A stretch of DNA of 64,000 bases from NCBI GenBank assembly GCA_038871515.1, contig JAVZHX010000001.1, positions 160,001 through 224,000 of the forward strand, given 5' to 3'. The notes beneath the pieces are model-generated. The model saw only the letters and a program-made list of their open reading frames with translations. It was not told the origin of the DNA and did not search any database. Positions 18,084-26,711 of this stretch are shown here, piece after piece; position 1 is the stretch's first letter; every line of letters starts with the position of its first letter. The stretch comes from Candidatus Micrarchaeia archaeon (lineage in GTDB: Archaea > Micrarchaeota > Micrarchaeia > Burarchaeales > Fermentimicrarchaeaceae). The translations under genes and the position numbers were made by a program.

Positions 18084-18407
18084 TGAGCTCATTCCAGTGT
18101 AGGAGTCGGTTAATTTAACTTCCTTCGGAGTTTTGCTGAAGTCAATGCTCACCCTTAAACCATATGAGCTGCAGATTTTTTCAACTGATGCAGTCCACTC
18201 CGCAAGGTTTCTCTCATTAACCTGTTTGTAGCTTTCAATTATCGTTTTTCTTGCCAATGCTATTCTGTTTGAGCGCACCTCAGCAAAAACTATTGAGGAG
18301 TAACCCTTGCTTGCTATGCGTGGAGAGTGGGAGCTGAGAAGAAGGATGAAGCCAAGCGTGAATACTGAGAGGACAAGCAAACCCCCAAACCCTTTTTTCA
18401 TCTCCAT
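18066..18407 (-). CDS. Pilin-like protein (class III signal peptide)
   Basis: KKG/F followed by hydrophobic stretch. Confidence 0.55.
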   Translation of the reverse strand: MEMKKGFGGLLVLSVFTLGFILLLSSHSPRIASKGYSSIVFAEVRSNRIALARKTIIESYKQVNERNLAEWTASVEKICSSYGLRVSIDFSKTPKEVKLTDSYTGMSSSFFLT

Positions 18408-18823
18408 ACGTTCACCTTCACTATTCTGTTTTCAGCTCCGCCTTTCAAAGGAAGTATCAGGGAGAACTGCTCCTTCTGAGTGGGTGTTGATTCGTCTATT
18501 TCAACCGAAAATGAGCTTGAGCCTTCTATTTCAATCTCAATTCTCTTCAAGTTCAGCAGCCTTCCGTAGTTATATAGTTTCATCTGAATGAAACTTATCT
18601 CATCCGCTGAGAGGTATCCTTTAACCTCAAGCCCCCTTCTCATTATTTGGTGTATCTCATCCTTGTAGAATGCATTCGCCAAATCATAGCCAGCTCTTTC
18701 AAGGAGCAGGTTTGCTGTTGGATGGGTGCTTCTGGGCCAGGCTGCAAAGAGGGAGTAGGAGAGCAGAACTGCTATGAACAGGGCAAGCACACCGTCCAGC
18801 AACATCACCTGTCCCTTATGCAT
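18398..18823 (-). CDS. Pilin-like protein (class III signal peptide)
   Basis: HKG/QVMLLD plus hydrophobic stretch. Confidence 0.65.
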   Translation of the reverse strand: MHKGQVMLLDGVLALFIAVLLSYSLFAAWPRSTHPTANLLLERAGYDLANAFYKDEIHQIMRRGLEVKGYLSADEISFIQMKLYNYGRLLNLKRIEIEIEGSSSFSVEIDESTPTQKEQFSLILPLKGGAENRIVKVNVWR

Positions 18824-20108
18824 ACGTCACCACCAGCTTGAACTTGAAGGTTCCTTGAATGTTGTAAAACTGAATTGCATTCTCCCCTCCTTTTACGTAG
18901 CCAGATACGTCTTCAACTGCATACGGGGAGTGAATTGAGCCAGCGTTTATCTGAATGCTCATCAACTCACCGGGAGAAATAGTTTTTGGGGAGGGGGAGT
19001 AATACCAAATAGTTAGAACTGCAGTTCCATCCGCAAGCGTTGAAATATAATGTTTGCTGTGAGTTGGGCCACAGGTATCAGTTTGAACTGGGTTTATTGA
19101 GATGCTTATTGTGTTCAAACCAGGTTTTACAAGTTCAAACACAGGTTGATTTGAAATTCCGTTTATGAAAACTGTCATCTCTCCTGTTATTTCATTTCGA
19201 ATTGTGTTCGCATCTGTTATAAAAGAATTTTCTGGTATTTCCACAACTCCTCCCTGAGAGAAGAAATCTGAGGAGAACACACCTTCATCATGGCAGCCAG
19301 TTCCATCAGGCGCGCACTCGCATACGGATATTTTTGAGTAATGATACGATGCCTGTGCTCCAGCAGTTTTATTTTCGTATTTATGCGCATCCGTTATCTC
19401 AAGAACAGCTGAGTAAACAACTGCATTCTCAGGAAGCTGGAAGTATTCAATATAGCTCTCGCCAAGCGGCTGCACAACTTCCTTCTCAATATTAAAAGTT
19501 TTCACAAAACCGCTTGCTGGTGGTTTTGAATCAAGCACTGTGAAGTTTGTTTTCACAACAACTGGCTGCTCCGTGAGTGGGTTTATCAGCACGCTTCCAT
19601 TCTCATCCTGCGCAACTGCGGTTACATTGTAAACTCCAGGTGAGGTTGGTATGAAAGCGGAGGTGATTGTTTTTGACAGTATTATTGTGACGTTCTCCTC
19701 ATCAGAAGGGGAAACCGGTATCTCGGCGCCTGAGGAGTTCACAATTCTTATCAAAATTTTTGGCACAACCATTGGAGCGGGATAGTTATTCCAAGCTGTG
19801 AGCTTTATTATTGACGGCTGATTTATGAAGTAAGGCTCATTTTTAGTTATCTGAAGTGAAACCAGGCTTGCGTTTGTGAAGTTGCCAAACCCGCCAGAAA
19901 TTGGCAGAAAGCCCGTCCCAAACGTCTCATTGCTCAGGTAGTATATCAAGCCTGTTGATGCGTTCTCAACTCCCCCCTGAATTGCAGAGTAAGCACCTCT
20001 CTGCATTTTCATTATTTCAGAAAGGCTCATCACCCCTGCAAGAATCACAAGCACAACTGCAGAGAGAATGAGAAGAAATTCAATTGAAGTCTGACCCCTT
20101 ACTGCCAT
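18816..20108 (-). CDS. Large minor pilin/adhesin (class III signal peptide)
   Basis: RG/QTSIEF; beta-rich body with many sequons. Confidence 0.8.
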   Translation of the reverse strand: MAVRGQTSIEFLLILSAVVLVILAGVMSLSEIMKMQRGAYSAIQGGVENASTGLIYYLSNETFGTGFLPISGGFGNFTNASLVSLQITKNEPYFINQPSIIKLTAWNNYPAPMVVPKILIRIVNSSGAEIPVSPSDEENVTIILSKTITSAFIPTSPGVYNVTAVAQDENGSVLINPLTEQPVVVKTNFTVLDSKPPASGFVKTFNIEKEVVQPLGESYIEYFQLPENAVVYSAVLEITDAHKYENKTAGAQASYHYSKISVCECAPDGTGCHDEGVFSSDFFSQGGVVEIPENSFITDANTIRNEITGEMTVFINGISNQPVFELVKPGLNTISISINPVQTDTCGPTHSKHYISTLADGTAVLTIWYYSPSPKTISPGELMSIQINAGSIHSPYAVEDVSGYVKGGENAIQFYNIQGTFKFKLVVTYA

Positions 20109-20464
20109 ACCCTCACCTCCATAATTGCAGGCTGTCCTTCAACAAAAACAACCCTTCTCACAGCGTAAATATCAACTCCGTCAGGAGCTTTTTCACCAAG
20201 CAAAACTCCCCCAACTCTCACCTCAACGTTTTTTCTGAAAGTCACTTTAAGTTTCTCCAAATCAACGTTTCCTTCCGAATCAACATACTTTTTTGCTATA
20301 TAATCAGCTATGTTATCGGCAACAAGCTGCATCCTTTCATCAATTAGCTGGGAGTTTATTTTTTTATTCAGCAGAAGGAAGTTTGAGATGAGAAGCAGCG
20401 ATGCCAGAAAAAACACTAGGAAGGAAAGAAACTCCTCTCCGAATATTATCACTCCTCTTCTCAT
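20099..20464 (-). CDS. Pilin-like protein
   Basis: RRG/VIIFGEE plus hydrophobic stretch. Confidence 0.55.
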   Translation of the reverse strand: MRRGVIIFGEEFLSFLVFFLASLLLISNFLLLNKKINSQLIDERMQLVADNIADYIAKKYVDSEGNVDLEKLKVTFRKNVEVRVGGVLLGEKAPDGVDIYAVRRVVFVEGQPAIMEVRVWQ

Positions 20465-20889
20465 CCAGCTCCCTCCACTCTCAAAAATTTTCCTTCTGGT
20501 TTCTCCTCCAATGAAACTTTCAATCCTTCAAACGGAACTGCGGATGCAACGCTCGCAGATGGGTAACCGGCTGGCGTCACAACAACCCAGTTTGAATGAA
20601 AGGTTATGTTGTATTCAACTTCTTTTGGAAAGCTAACTCCCCTTATCCTTTTTGGCAGGAGAAGAGAGATTGTGCAATTGCCTTCGTAACATAGATTGCG
20701 CTGCATCAAATCCACTGAATTCGCAACCTGCTGGGCGAGCATGTGAGACGCAGTTGCTATCTGCCTCTCCTCCTCATTTTTTCTTAACTGCATTGCGAAA
20801 ATAAGTGAGAAAAGAAAGAGGAGAAGCACTGCGGAAAGTGCAATGTAGAATTCAAGCGATATCTGGGCTTTATTGAAGAAACTCAACAA
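20461..20889 (-). CDS. Type IV pilin-like protein
   Basis: KA/QISLEF. Confidence 0.8.
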   Translation of the reverse strand: MLSFFNKAQISLEFYIALSAVLLLFLFSLIFAMQLRKNEEERQIATASHMLAQQVANSVDLMQRNLCYEGNCTISLLLPKRIRGVSFPKEVEYNITFHSNWVVVTPAGYPSASVASAVPFEGLKVSLEEKPEGKFLRVEGAG

Positions 20890-21295
20890 TTACCTCACCC
20901 TGCCTAACGCAATATACCCTCGCAACGTGCTTTCCTTTTGAGAGCGTGAAGTTTGTTGGGAGGATAAGCAACCTGTAGTTGGTTGCCCTGCTGAAGTTTG
21001 TTCCCCTGAAAGTGAACGTTGAAAGGTATAAAGAATCCGAAATTCTTATCTGGTTGTATTCAGTTAAACCATCAGGTATTATCAATGAAACAACTCTTTC
21101 AGAGCCCTCTGTTAAAACGTCTGCTGTTGAGTAGATTGTTTCCAGCGAGTCAGCAAACCTTGCAGTTGAAATTGATGGGCTTATGCTTCTCAAACCACCC
21201 TGTATTGAGTAAAGGGTGAACAGCAGCAGAGTAACCCCTATTGCCAGTATGAGAAGAAACTCTGCGCTTGTCTGTCCTCTCAGCATAGAAATCAA
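20870..21295 (-). CDS. Type IV pilin-like protein
   Basis: RG/QTSAEF. Confidence 0.8.
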   Translation of the reverse strand: MISMLRGQTSAEFLLILAIGVTLLLFTLYSIQGGLRSISPSISTARFADSLETIYSTADVLTEGSERVVSLIIPDGLTEYNQIRISDSLYLSTFTFRGTNFSRATNYRLLILPTNFTLSKGKHVARVYCVRQGEVIVEFLQ

Positions 21296-21516
21296 TCGCC
21301 TGTTTGATTTGTGAAGTTTCTCAACTCGCTGAATGTTTGGTTAATTGCCTCTGTTGGTTTCATCGACTGGTTTCCAATCGTCACATTTCCCTGCGTGGTT
21401 GAAGTGAGCTCCCTTATTGTTAAAAATAAGGCAATTATCAGCAGCACAACAACTGAGATTATCAGCAGGTATTCAATGGTGGTTTGCGCTTTTGTAAGCT
21501 GGTGGTTTATTCCCAT
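21292..21516 (-). CDS. Short type IV pilin (possible major pilin)
   Basis: KA/QTTIEY, first gene of cluster, 74 aa. Confidence 0.8.
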   Translation of the reverse strand: MGINHQLTKAQTTIEYLLIISVVVLLIIALFLTIRELTSTTQGNVTIGNQSMKPTEAINQTFSELRNFTNQTGD

Positions 21517-21563
21517 AAGCTCACCCCAGTATATTATGAGGGATGGTTATTTTAAATTCTGCG

Positions 21564-22268
21564 TTATAATTTGGCGTATTTCTCCTGCATCTCCCTCATT
21601 TTCCCGCAGGAGAATTCTCCCTCTGGGCAGTAACCAAGTTGAACGCAGGAAGGGCCTGCCTTTTCAAAGATGACTGGCGCAACCTTCCTGCACTCCTTAA
21701 CCATTTTCTCAGCAAGCTCCCTTATCTCCCACTGCGCTCTCTCGCAGCAGCGAAGGGAGAAGAAGTGAAGCAGCTCCCTGCCGTTCATTGTAACCGTGAT
21801 GGTTGTTTTTGTTGCGTTTGGGAGTATGTATCTTGCATCCTCAACTGGAATGCCTGATTGTATTAATTGATTATACACTTTCATAATCTCTGAAATAGTT
21901 TTTTTGAAAAGTTTGAGTGTTTTTTCATTTTCCTTTATCAACGGTGGAACAACAAACGAGTTTTCATCAGTTACCTTCACATACCTCTGGCTCTGCTGGG
22001 TGTATGAGGCAATTCTGTGCCTCACCAACTCGTGGGTTAGCGCTCTTGAAACTCCTGAAACGCTGAACGTGAAGGAGCAGTGCTCTGCAACGGAGATGTG
22101 GCCTGATTTTATTATTTGTTTTAGCAGTTTCAATGCCTTCTCCTTCTCTGCAACTGAAAGAGTTTTCTCAAGCAGCTCTGATGGCGGAAGGGCGCTTCTT
22201 GAAGTTCTTGCAGCAGCTGCGCAAACCAAGTCTGGGTTGGGCGTATGTGCTATGAGTTTCACTTCCAT
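21564..22268 (-). CDS. thyX: FAD-dependent thymidylate synthase
   Basis: GHISVAEH, SRALTHELVRHRIASYTQQSQRY, EDARY; start at MEVKLIAHTPN (longer track ORF overlaps tRNA). Confidence 0.95.
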   Translation of the reverse strand: MEVKLIAHTPNPDLVCAAAARTSRSALPPSELLEKTLSVAEKEKALKLLKQIIKSGHISVAEHCSFTFSVSGVSRALTHELVRHRIASYTQQSQRYVKVTDENSFVVPPLIKENEKTLKLFKKTISEIMKVYNQLIQSGIPVEDARYILPNATKTTITVTMNGRELLHFFSLRCCERAQWEIRELAEKMVKECRKVAPVIFEKAGPSCVQLGYCPEGEFSCGKMREMQEKYAKL

Positions 22269-22333
22269 AAAAAACCTCCAATAGTGTTTGGGGGAGAAAG
22301 TATAAAAACATTGCAAGGAGGAAATTAAAACAC

Positions 22334-22420
22334 GCGGGGGTGTCTGAGCCTGGTCTAAAGAGCAGGGCTTAGGACCCTGTGCACTTAGGTGCTTCGTGGG
22401 TTCAAATCCCTCCCCCCGCA
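22334..22420 (+). tRNA. tRNA-Leu(TAG)
   Basis: GCGGGGG/CCCCCGC acceptor, CAGGG-CTTAGGA-CCCTG anticodon arm, long variable arm, GTTCAAATC. Confidence 0.95.
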
Positions 22421-22455
22421 TAAGAGTTTTAAATTAGTTTGAAGTTAAACTATTG

Positions 22456-23223
22456 ATGAGGCTTCTTCTGAAGTTGAAAGCAGCAAAGAATGCGAGTTAT
22501 GATATGACTTACTATCATAAAGCACAGGGTTTGATATATGATTTGTTGAGAGACACCCCGTATAGTATTCTCCATGATAAGAGGGGGTATAAGTTCTTCT
22601 GTTTTTCAAATATATTCCCAATAGGGGATTTTAAAGAAAGGGATGTAAGGAACTTCTTGATCTCCTCCCCTGACTCCGTACTTATAAAGATGTTAAAAGA
22701 AAGGATAGAGGAAAGAAAAACAATAAACATTGGTGAGCTTAGTTTTATAGTTGAGGAATGCAAGTTACTGAAAATCAAAATTCAGAATAACTTGCATTTG
22801 ATAAGCGCAACCCCAATAATCCTGAGGATACCAAGGAGAAATTATTCGAAGTATAATATAGAGTCGGATAAACCGTATGTTTTTTGGCAACCAAGTTATT
22901 CTTTTGAAGTTTTCGTAAAGCAGCTTGAGGAGAATATTTTCAAAAAGTATAATGAATTCTACAAAAGCAAGGTGAAGGAATTTCCATTGTTTGAGCAGTT
23001 TGTTTTCAAAAAGTCAACAGTCAATCACGTTGTAGTAGACGGGAAGGAGCAGAAGTTCTTCGGAAGTGTATGGGAATTTAAGTTTTATGGTTTAAAATAT
23101 AATGCAGGGAGGAGAAAAGTTTTGGAGTTTGCAATTGATTGCGGAGTGGGTGAGAGAAACACATTTGGATTTGGATTTGTAAATGTGATAAAAGATGTTA
23201 AACGAAATGTGTTTATTTGTTGA
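22456..23223 (+). CDS. cas6: CRISPR endoribonuclease Cas6
   Basis: YKFFCFS, C-terminal G-loop GVGERNTFGFG. Confidence 0.95.
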   Translation: MRLLLKLKAAKNASYDMTYYHKAQGLIYDLLRDTPYSILHDKRGYKFFCFSNIFPIGDFKERDVRNFLISSPDSVLIKMLKERIEERKTINIGELSFIVEECKLLKIKIQNNLHLISATPIILRIPRRNYSKYNIESDKPYVFWQPSYSFEVFVKQLEENIFKKYNEFYKSKVKEFPLFEQFVFKKSTVNHVVVDGKEQKFFGSVWEFKFYGLKYNAGRRKVLEFAIDCGVGERNTFGFGFVNVIKDVKRNVFIC

Positions 23224-24982
23224 TGAATGCGCGAAATATTGGTTGGGGGAGAGATTTAACCCAAGATGGCCAGAATATCCTGATTTAAGAAATGAGGTGT
23301 ACATCGATAACATCCTGTCCCTCGTAGCTCGAAAAGAAGAAAATGTGCTTTTTGTTGTTTATGAACCAGCATCCAAGAATTTTAGTGTATGCGAAAAAGA
23401 AGAAGTAATAGAAATGATTAATACGAACAAACTTGGAGTTATAAGAGCGATTGTGATGAATCCATCTTACAGCTCTAGTTTTTATGATGAAAGAAATAAA
23501 TGGTTGGGTAGCACAGGCGGTATAAACTCCTTCTTCCCGTTTATTTTTGTCCTTCCTGAGGAAAATGAGATTGAGAGAAAAATGAGGAAGACAAAAGGAA
23601 GTTTGAGTAGGTATAATGCTGCAAAATTTGAGGAGATTTTTGATGATAAAGACTTTTTGAATGGATTAAAGAAAAAAATAAGGGAGTTAAGTGGTGAAAC
23701 CAAAGAAAAAAAAGTTTATATTTTAATATTGTTTGATAAACCTGAGGAATATACAAAGTTCTTAAAATCTGAAGAAATATTGAAAAACATTATTACAAGT
23801 ACATTTAAAAAAGAAATATGTCAATTATGCGGTGAGAAAGGGGTTACAGGATATCCTATTGTAGGGAGTAGTTACGATGCTAAAAAAATATTTTTGAGGA
23901 GTCCAACTAAAGGGGATGGAAGAATAAGTGTGTGTCCTACGTGTGGATTTAAAATAAACGCATTCTATAAATTACTTAAACAATGTAAGGTACTTCCAGT
24001 TTTTGTTGATAGATATGTCACTACAATTGCCGCAGAGAATATCCGAGAATACTTAAGAGGGGAAGAGGGATATGAAAAATTTATGAACCGAGTTTATGAG
24101 AAACTGGGGAAAAAAGATGAATATAAAATGGCGCATTACCTAATGAGTATTATTGATAACGTTATCTGGGTTGATTATGTTGCATCTCTCAAATGGGTTC
24201 TGGAGTGGGAGAGTTTTGAAGGGGAAGAATTGGAGGTTAAAAGAAAGTCTATGAATAGAATGGAAATAGAAAGGATTTTTTATGCTTCTATTTTTAAGAA
24301 GGGTACAGAGAAATTCAAGTGGCCTTTTCGTATTTACTTTGGAAATTTGAAAGAGTGGGAAGGAAAGCTTGGAAGATATGGGGCGTATTTACTCTATCGA
24401 TATAGGGATTTGCTTTATAGATTTGTTTATAAAAATGATGTGGCCTTCTCCAAAAATGAGATTATAGAGTTTGTTAATCTCGCGATAACTCAGAAGTATT
24501 ATGATGTTTTAGAAGAGGGTTGGACAATTTTTACATTCGGAAAGTCAATAATTGCGCCTCTTGAAATCTTTTTCAATAGCGTTTGGAGTGGAGGTGATAA
24601 AATGGAGGGGTTAGAAGAGTTGAGAAGAAAATTGGACGAAGTTGTTGAGAAGGAAAATGTACAACTTAATGAAGAAGAATGGGCTTATTGCGCAGGTGCA
24701 TTTTATAGGTATCTTGTTAGTCAGTCTAAATCCAAAGAGCCTCCATTGGAATTAGAACCGCTTGTGAATGCCAGCAGAGTGGAGGAGGTTTTGGATGTTA
24801 TAGTCCGAACATTTGAGAGGTATCAACATTCTATAAAACAACAGTTCATTAAAAAATGGGGTAACATAGCTAGTTCAGCTCTAATTCCGAAAGATAGAGA
24901 GAGGGATTTTGAAGAACTAAAGCCGTTCTTCTACGCAGGATTTATTGATCCTTTTGCTTCAGAAAAATTTTGGGGTAAATAG
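23195..24982 (+). CDS. cas8b: Type I-B large subunit Cas8b (Csh1-like)
   Basis: CQLC...CPTC Zn finger, C-terminal WAYCAGAFYRYLVSQSKS; between cas6 and cas7. Confidence 0.8.
   Translation: MLNEMCLFVDECAKYWLGERFNPRWPEYPDLRNEVYIDNILSLVARKEENVLFVVYEPASKNFSVCEKEEVIEMINTNKLGVIRAIVMNPSYSSSFYDERNKWLGSTGGINSFFPFIFVLPEENEIERKMRKTKGSLSRYNAAKFEEIFDDKDFLNGLKKKIRELSGETKEKKVYILILFDKPEEYTKFLKSEEILKNIITSTFKKEICQLCGEKGVTGYPIVGSSYDAKKIFLRSPTKGDGRISVCPTCGFKINAFYKLLKQCKVLPVFVDRYVTTIAAENIREYLRGEEGYEKFMNRVYEKLGKKDEYKMAHYLMSIIDNVIWVDYVASLKWVLEWESFEGEELEVKRKSMNRMEIERIFYASIFKKGTEKFKWPFRIYFGNLKEWEGKLGRYGAYLLYRYRDLLYRFVYKNDVAFSKNEIIEFVNLAITQKYYDVLEEGWTIFTFGKSIIAPLEIFFNSVWSGGDKMEGLEELRRKLDEVVEKENVQLNEEEWAYCAGAFYRYLVSQSKSKEPPLELEPLVNASRVEEVLDVIVRTFERYQHSIKQQFIKKWGNIASSALIPKDRERDFEELKPFFYAGFIDPFASEKFWGK
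24602..24982 (+). CDS. cas11: Putative internally translated small subunit Cas11b, 126 aa
   Basis: GGAGGTGA at 24590-24597 then in-frame ATG inside cas8b. Confidence 0.6.
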   Translation: MEGLEELRRKLDEVVEKENVQLNEEEWAYCAGAFYRYLVSQSKSKEPPLELEPLVNASRVEEVLDVIVRTFERYQHSIKQQFIKKWGNIASSALIPKDRERDFEELKPFFYAGFIDPFASEKFWGK

Positions 24983-24993
24983 GAGGTGATAGA

Positions 24994-25938
24994 ATGAGTG
25001 AGAGAAGATATGGGAAATTCGCAGCTGGGATTGTGAGTCTTAGAGCTCAGGATGCAAACTGGAACGCCGACTTCTCGGGTTGGCCAAGAAAATTACCTGG
25101 TGGGGGATTTTATTCTACAGACAAAGCTCTAAAATATACAATAAGAAGATACCTGAAAGAGGTAAAAAACCAGAATTTAATTTTTTGGAGAGTATATGAT
25201 GAAAAGGGACAGGTTGGTAATTTACTTGCAATGTTAGAGAAAAATAAGATAAAGACAGATACGAACATTGCAAAGCAAGTACTCGAAAAATGTCTTGACG
25301 TTCGGTTGTTTGGTGGAACATTTACGCTTAAAAACCAACAGTTTTCAATTACTGGACCTGTGCAGATAACTTATGGTATCGATGTATGGGGTAAAGGAAA
25401 GCCCTATGTAAGCCAGATACAATCACCCAAATACGAGGGTAAGGAAAGAGGAGAGGAAAGTAAAGCAGAGTACGGACCTCAGACCACACTTGGCTCAGAG
25501 GTACGTTTGACAGAGGGACATTATGTATTTGATTTTACAATAAACCCAAATAATCTAGAAAAAGATGATTTTCTCGCTTCAAGTGCACCAGAAGTCTTTT
25601 TATCAAATGACGATGTGGAGATGTTTAAAGAAGCACTTATTCACGGTCCTGGTTATACCACCAGTACAACTAAAACAGGGGTTTTTACTGAGTTAGTAAT
25701 ATTTGCAGAATTTGAAATAGAAGATGGATTTGTCCCATTAGTTCCGATATTGAGGGATGGGGTAAGCGTGCAAAAGAGTAATGGAGATAACCTAAAGCGC
25801 AAAATAGATATACGGAGGGTGGTGGGAGTACTGAAAGAGTTGGGAGCGAACCGAATTGAGTTGTATTTTAGACCAGATCTATGTGAAATCGAGTATGATA
25901 AAGAGGATGGAATAATGGAGGTAGAAATAAAGCCTTAA
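24994..25938 (+). CDS. cas7: Cas7 (Csh2-type)
   Basis: NWNADFSGWPR, STDKALKYTIR, DVRLFGGTF, ITGPVQ. Confidence 0.9.
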   Translation: MSERRYGKFAAGIVSLRAQDANWNADFSGWPRKLPGGGFYSTDKALKYTIRRYLKEVKNQNLIFWRVYDEKGQVGNLLAMLEKNKIKTDTNIAKQVLEKCLDVRLFGGTFTLKNQQFSITGPVQITYGIDVWGKGKPYVSQIQSPKYEGKERGEESKAEYGPQTTLGSEVRLTEGHYVFDFTINPNNLEKDDFLASSAPEVFLSNDDVEMFKEALIHGPGYTTSTTKTGVFTELVIFAEFEIEDGFVPLVPILRDGVSVQKSNGDNLKRKIDIRRVVGVLKELGANRIELYFRPDLCEIEYDKEDGIMEVEIKP

Positions 25939-25956
25939 ATTGAGAGAGGAGATGCC

Positions 25957-26709
25957 ATGGGAGAATCTGGTGAGTTATTCTCATTCATAATTTCTTCAGA
26001 TTTCTCTGCATTTAGGAAATTTGATACTGGTGGTGATTATTATTTAACATATTATTTTATACCGCGGCCAACAGTTTTAGGTATCCTTGGTTCGATCATT
26101 GGACTTAAAAAATCAGCTAAGGATATGCTTCCATGGTGGGAGGAACTTAAAAACACAAAGATTGGTGTTGAACCACTAAATATCAATCTGATTAAGCATT
26201 TTGTTGCTTATAACAATAGTACTGGAGCTGCGTCTCAAACTGAAAAAAACGGAGGAGGTCAAACATTAGTGATAAAGGAGCAGATATTAATAAATCCAGC
26301 GTATAGAATTTATGTGGAGATTAATGAGAAAACAGAGGGAATTTTTGAACTATTAAAAACTAAAAAATCTATATTTACGCCGTATTTAGGAAAAAACGAA
26401 TTCAAAGCGCAAATTTCTGAAGTTAAAAAACATAAATTTGTAAATTTTGAGGGTGTCAGCAAGATAGATTCTATTTATCCTTCTTTCTTGGGAGAGGCAA
26501 AAAACCGTTCAACGATTTGGCTAGATAAAGGGGGTGAGATAGTGCAGATTTTTGAAAGTCATCCTTATACATATTACAATAATAAGTACAAACAGTTCGT
26601 GTTCGTCTTCTCATCTCACGAAATAGACACCAAAATGGTTACCAGCCCTATAAAAGGAGAGTTTGTGCGAGTTGATGACAGAAAGGTGATATATCTTTAT
26701 GGGGGTTAG
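25957..26709 (+). CDS. cas5: Cas5 (type I-B)
   Basis: AFRK...TYYFIPRPTVLGILGSIIG, PYLGKNEF. Confidence 0.9.
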   Translation: MGESGELFSFIISSDFSAFRKFDTGGDYYLTYYFIPRPTVLGILGSIIGLKKSAKDMLPWWEELKNTKIGVEPLNINLIKHFVAYNNSTGAASQTEKNGGGQTLVIKEQILINPAYRIYVEINEKTEGIFELLKTKKSIFTPYLGKNEFKAQISEVKKHKFVNFEGVSKIDSIYPSFLGEAKNRSTIWLDKGGEIVQIFESHPYTYYNNKYKQFVFVFSSHEIDTKMVTSPIKGEFVRVDDRKVIYLYGG

Positions 26710-26711
26710 AA

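Noticed and set aside
22269..22421. N-terminal extensions of thyX (and likewise sufS 40381-40590 and glmS 34531-34572)
   Set aside because: They overlap or abut tRNA genes, and GlmS must begin at Met-Cys; downstream ATGs are the real starts
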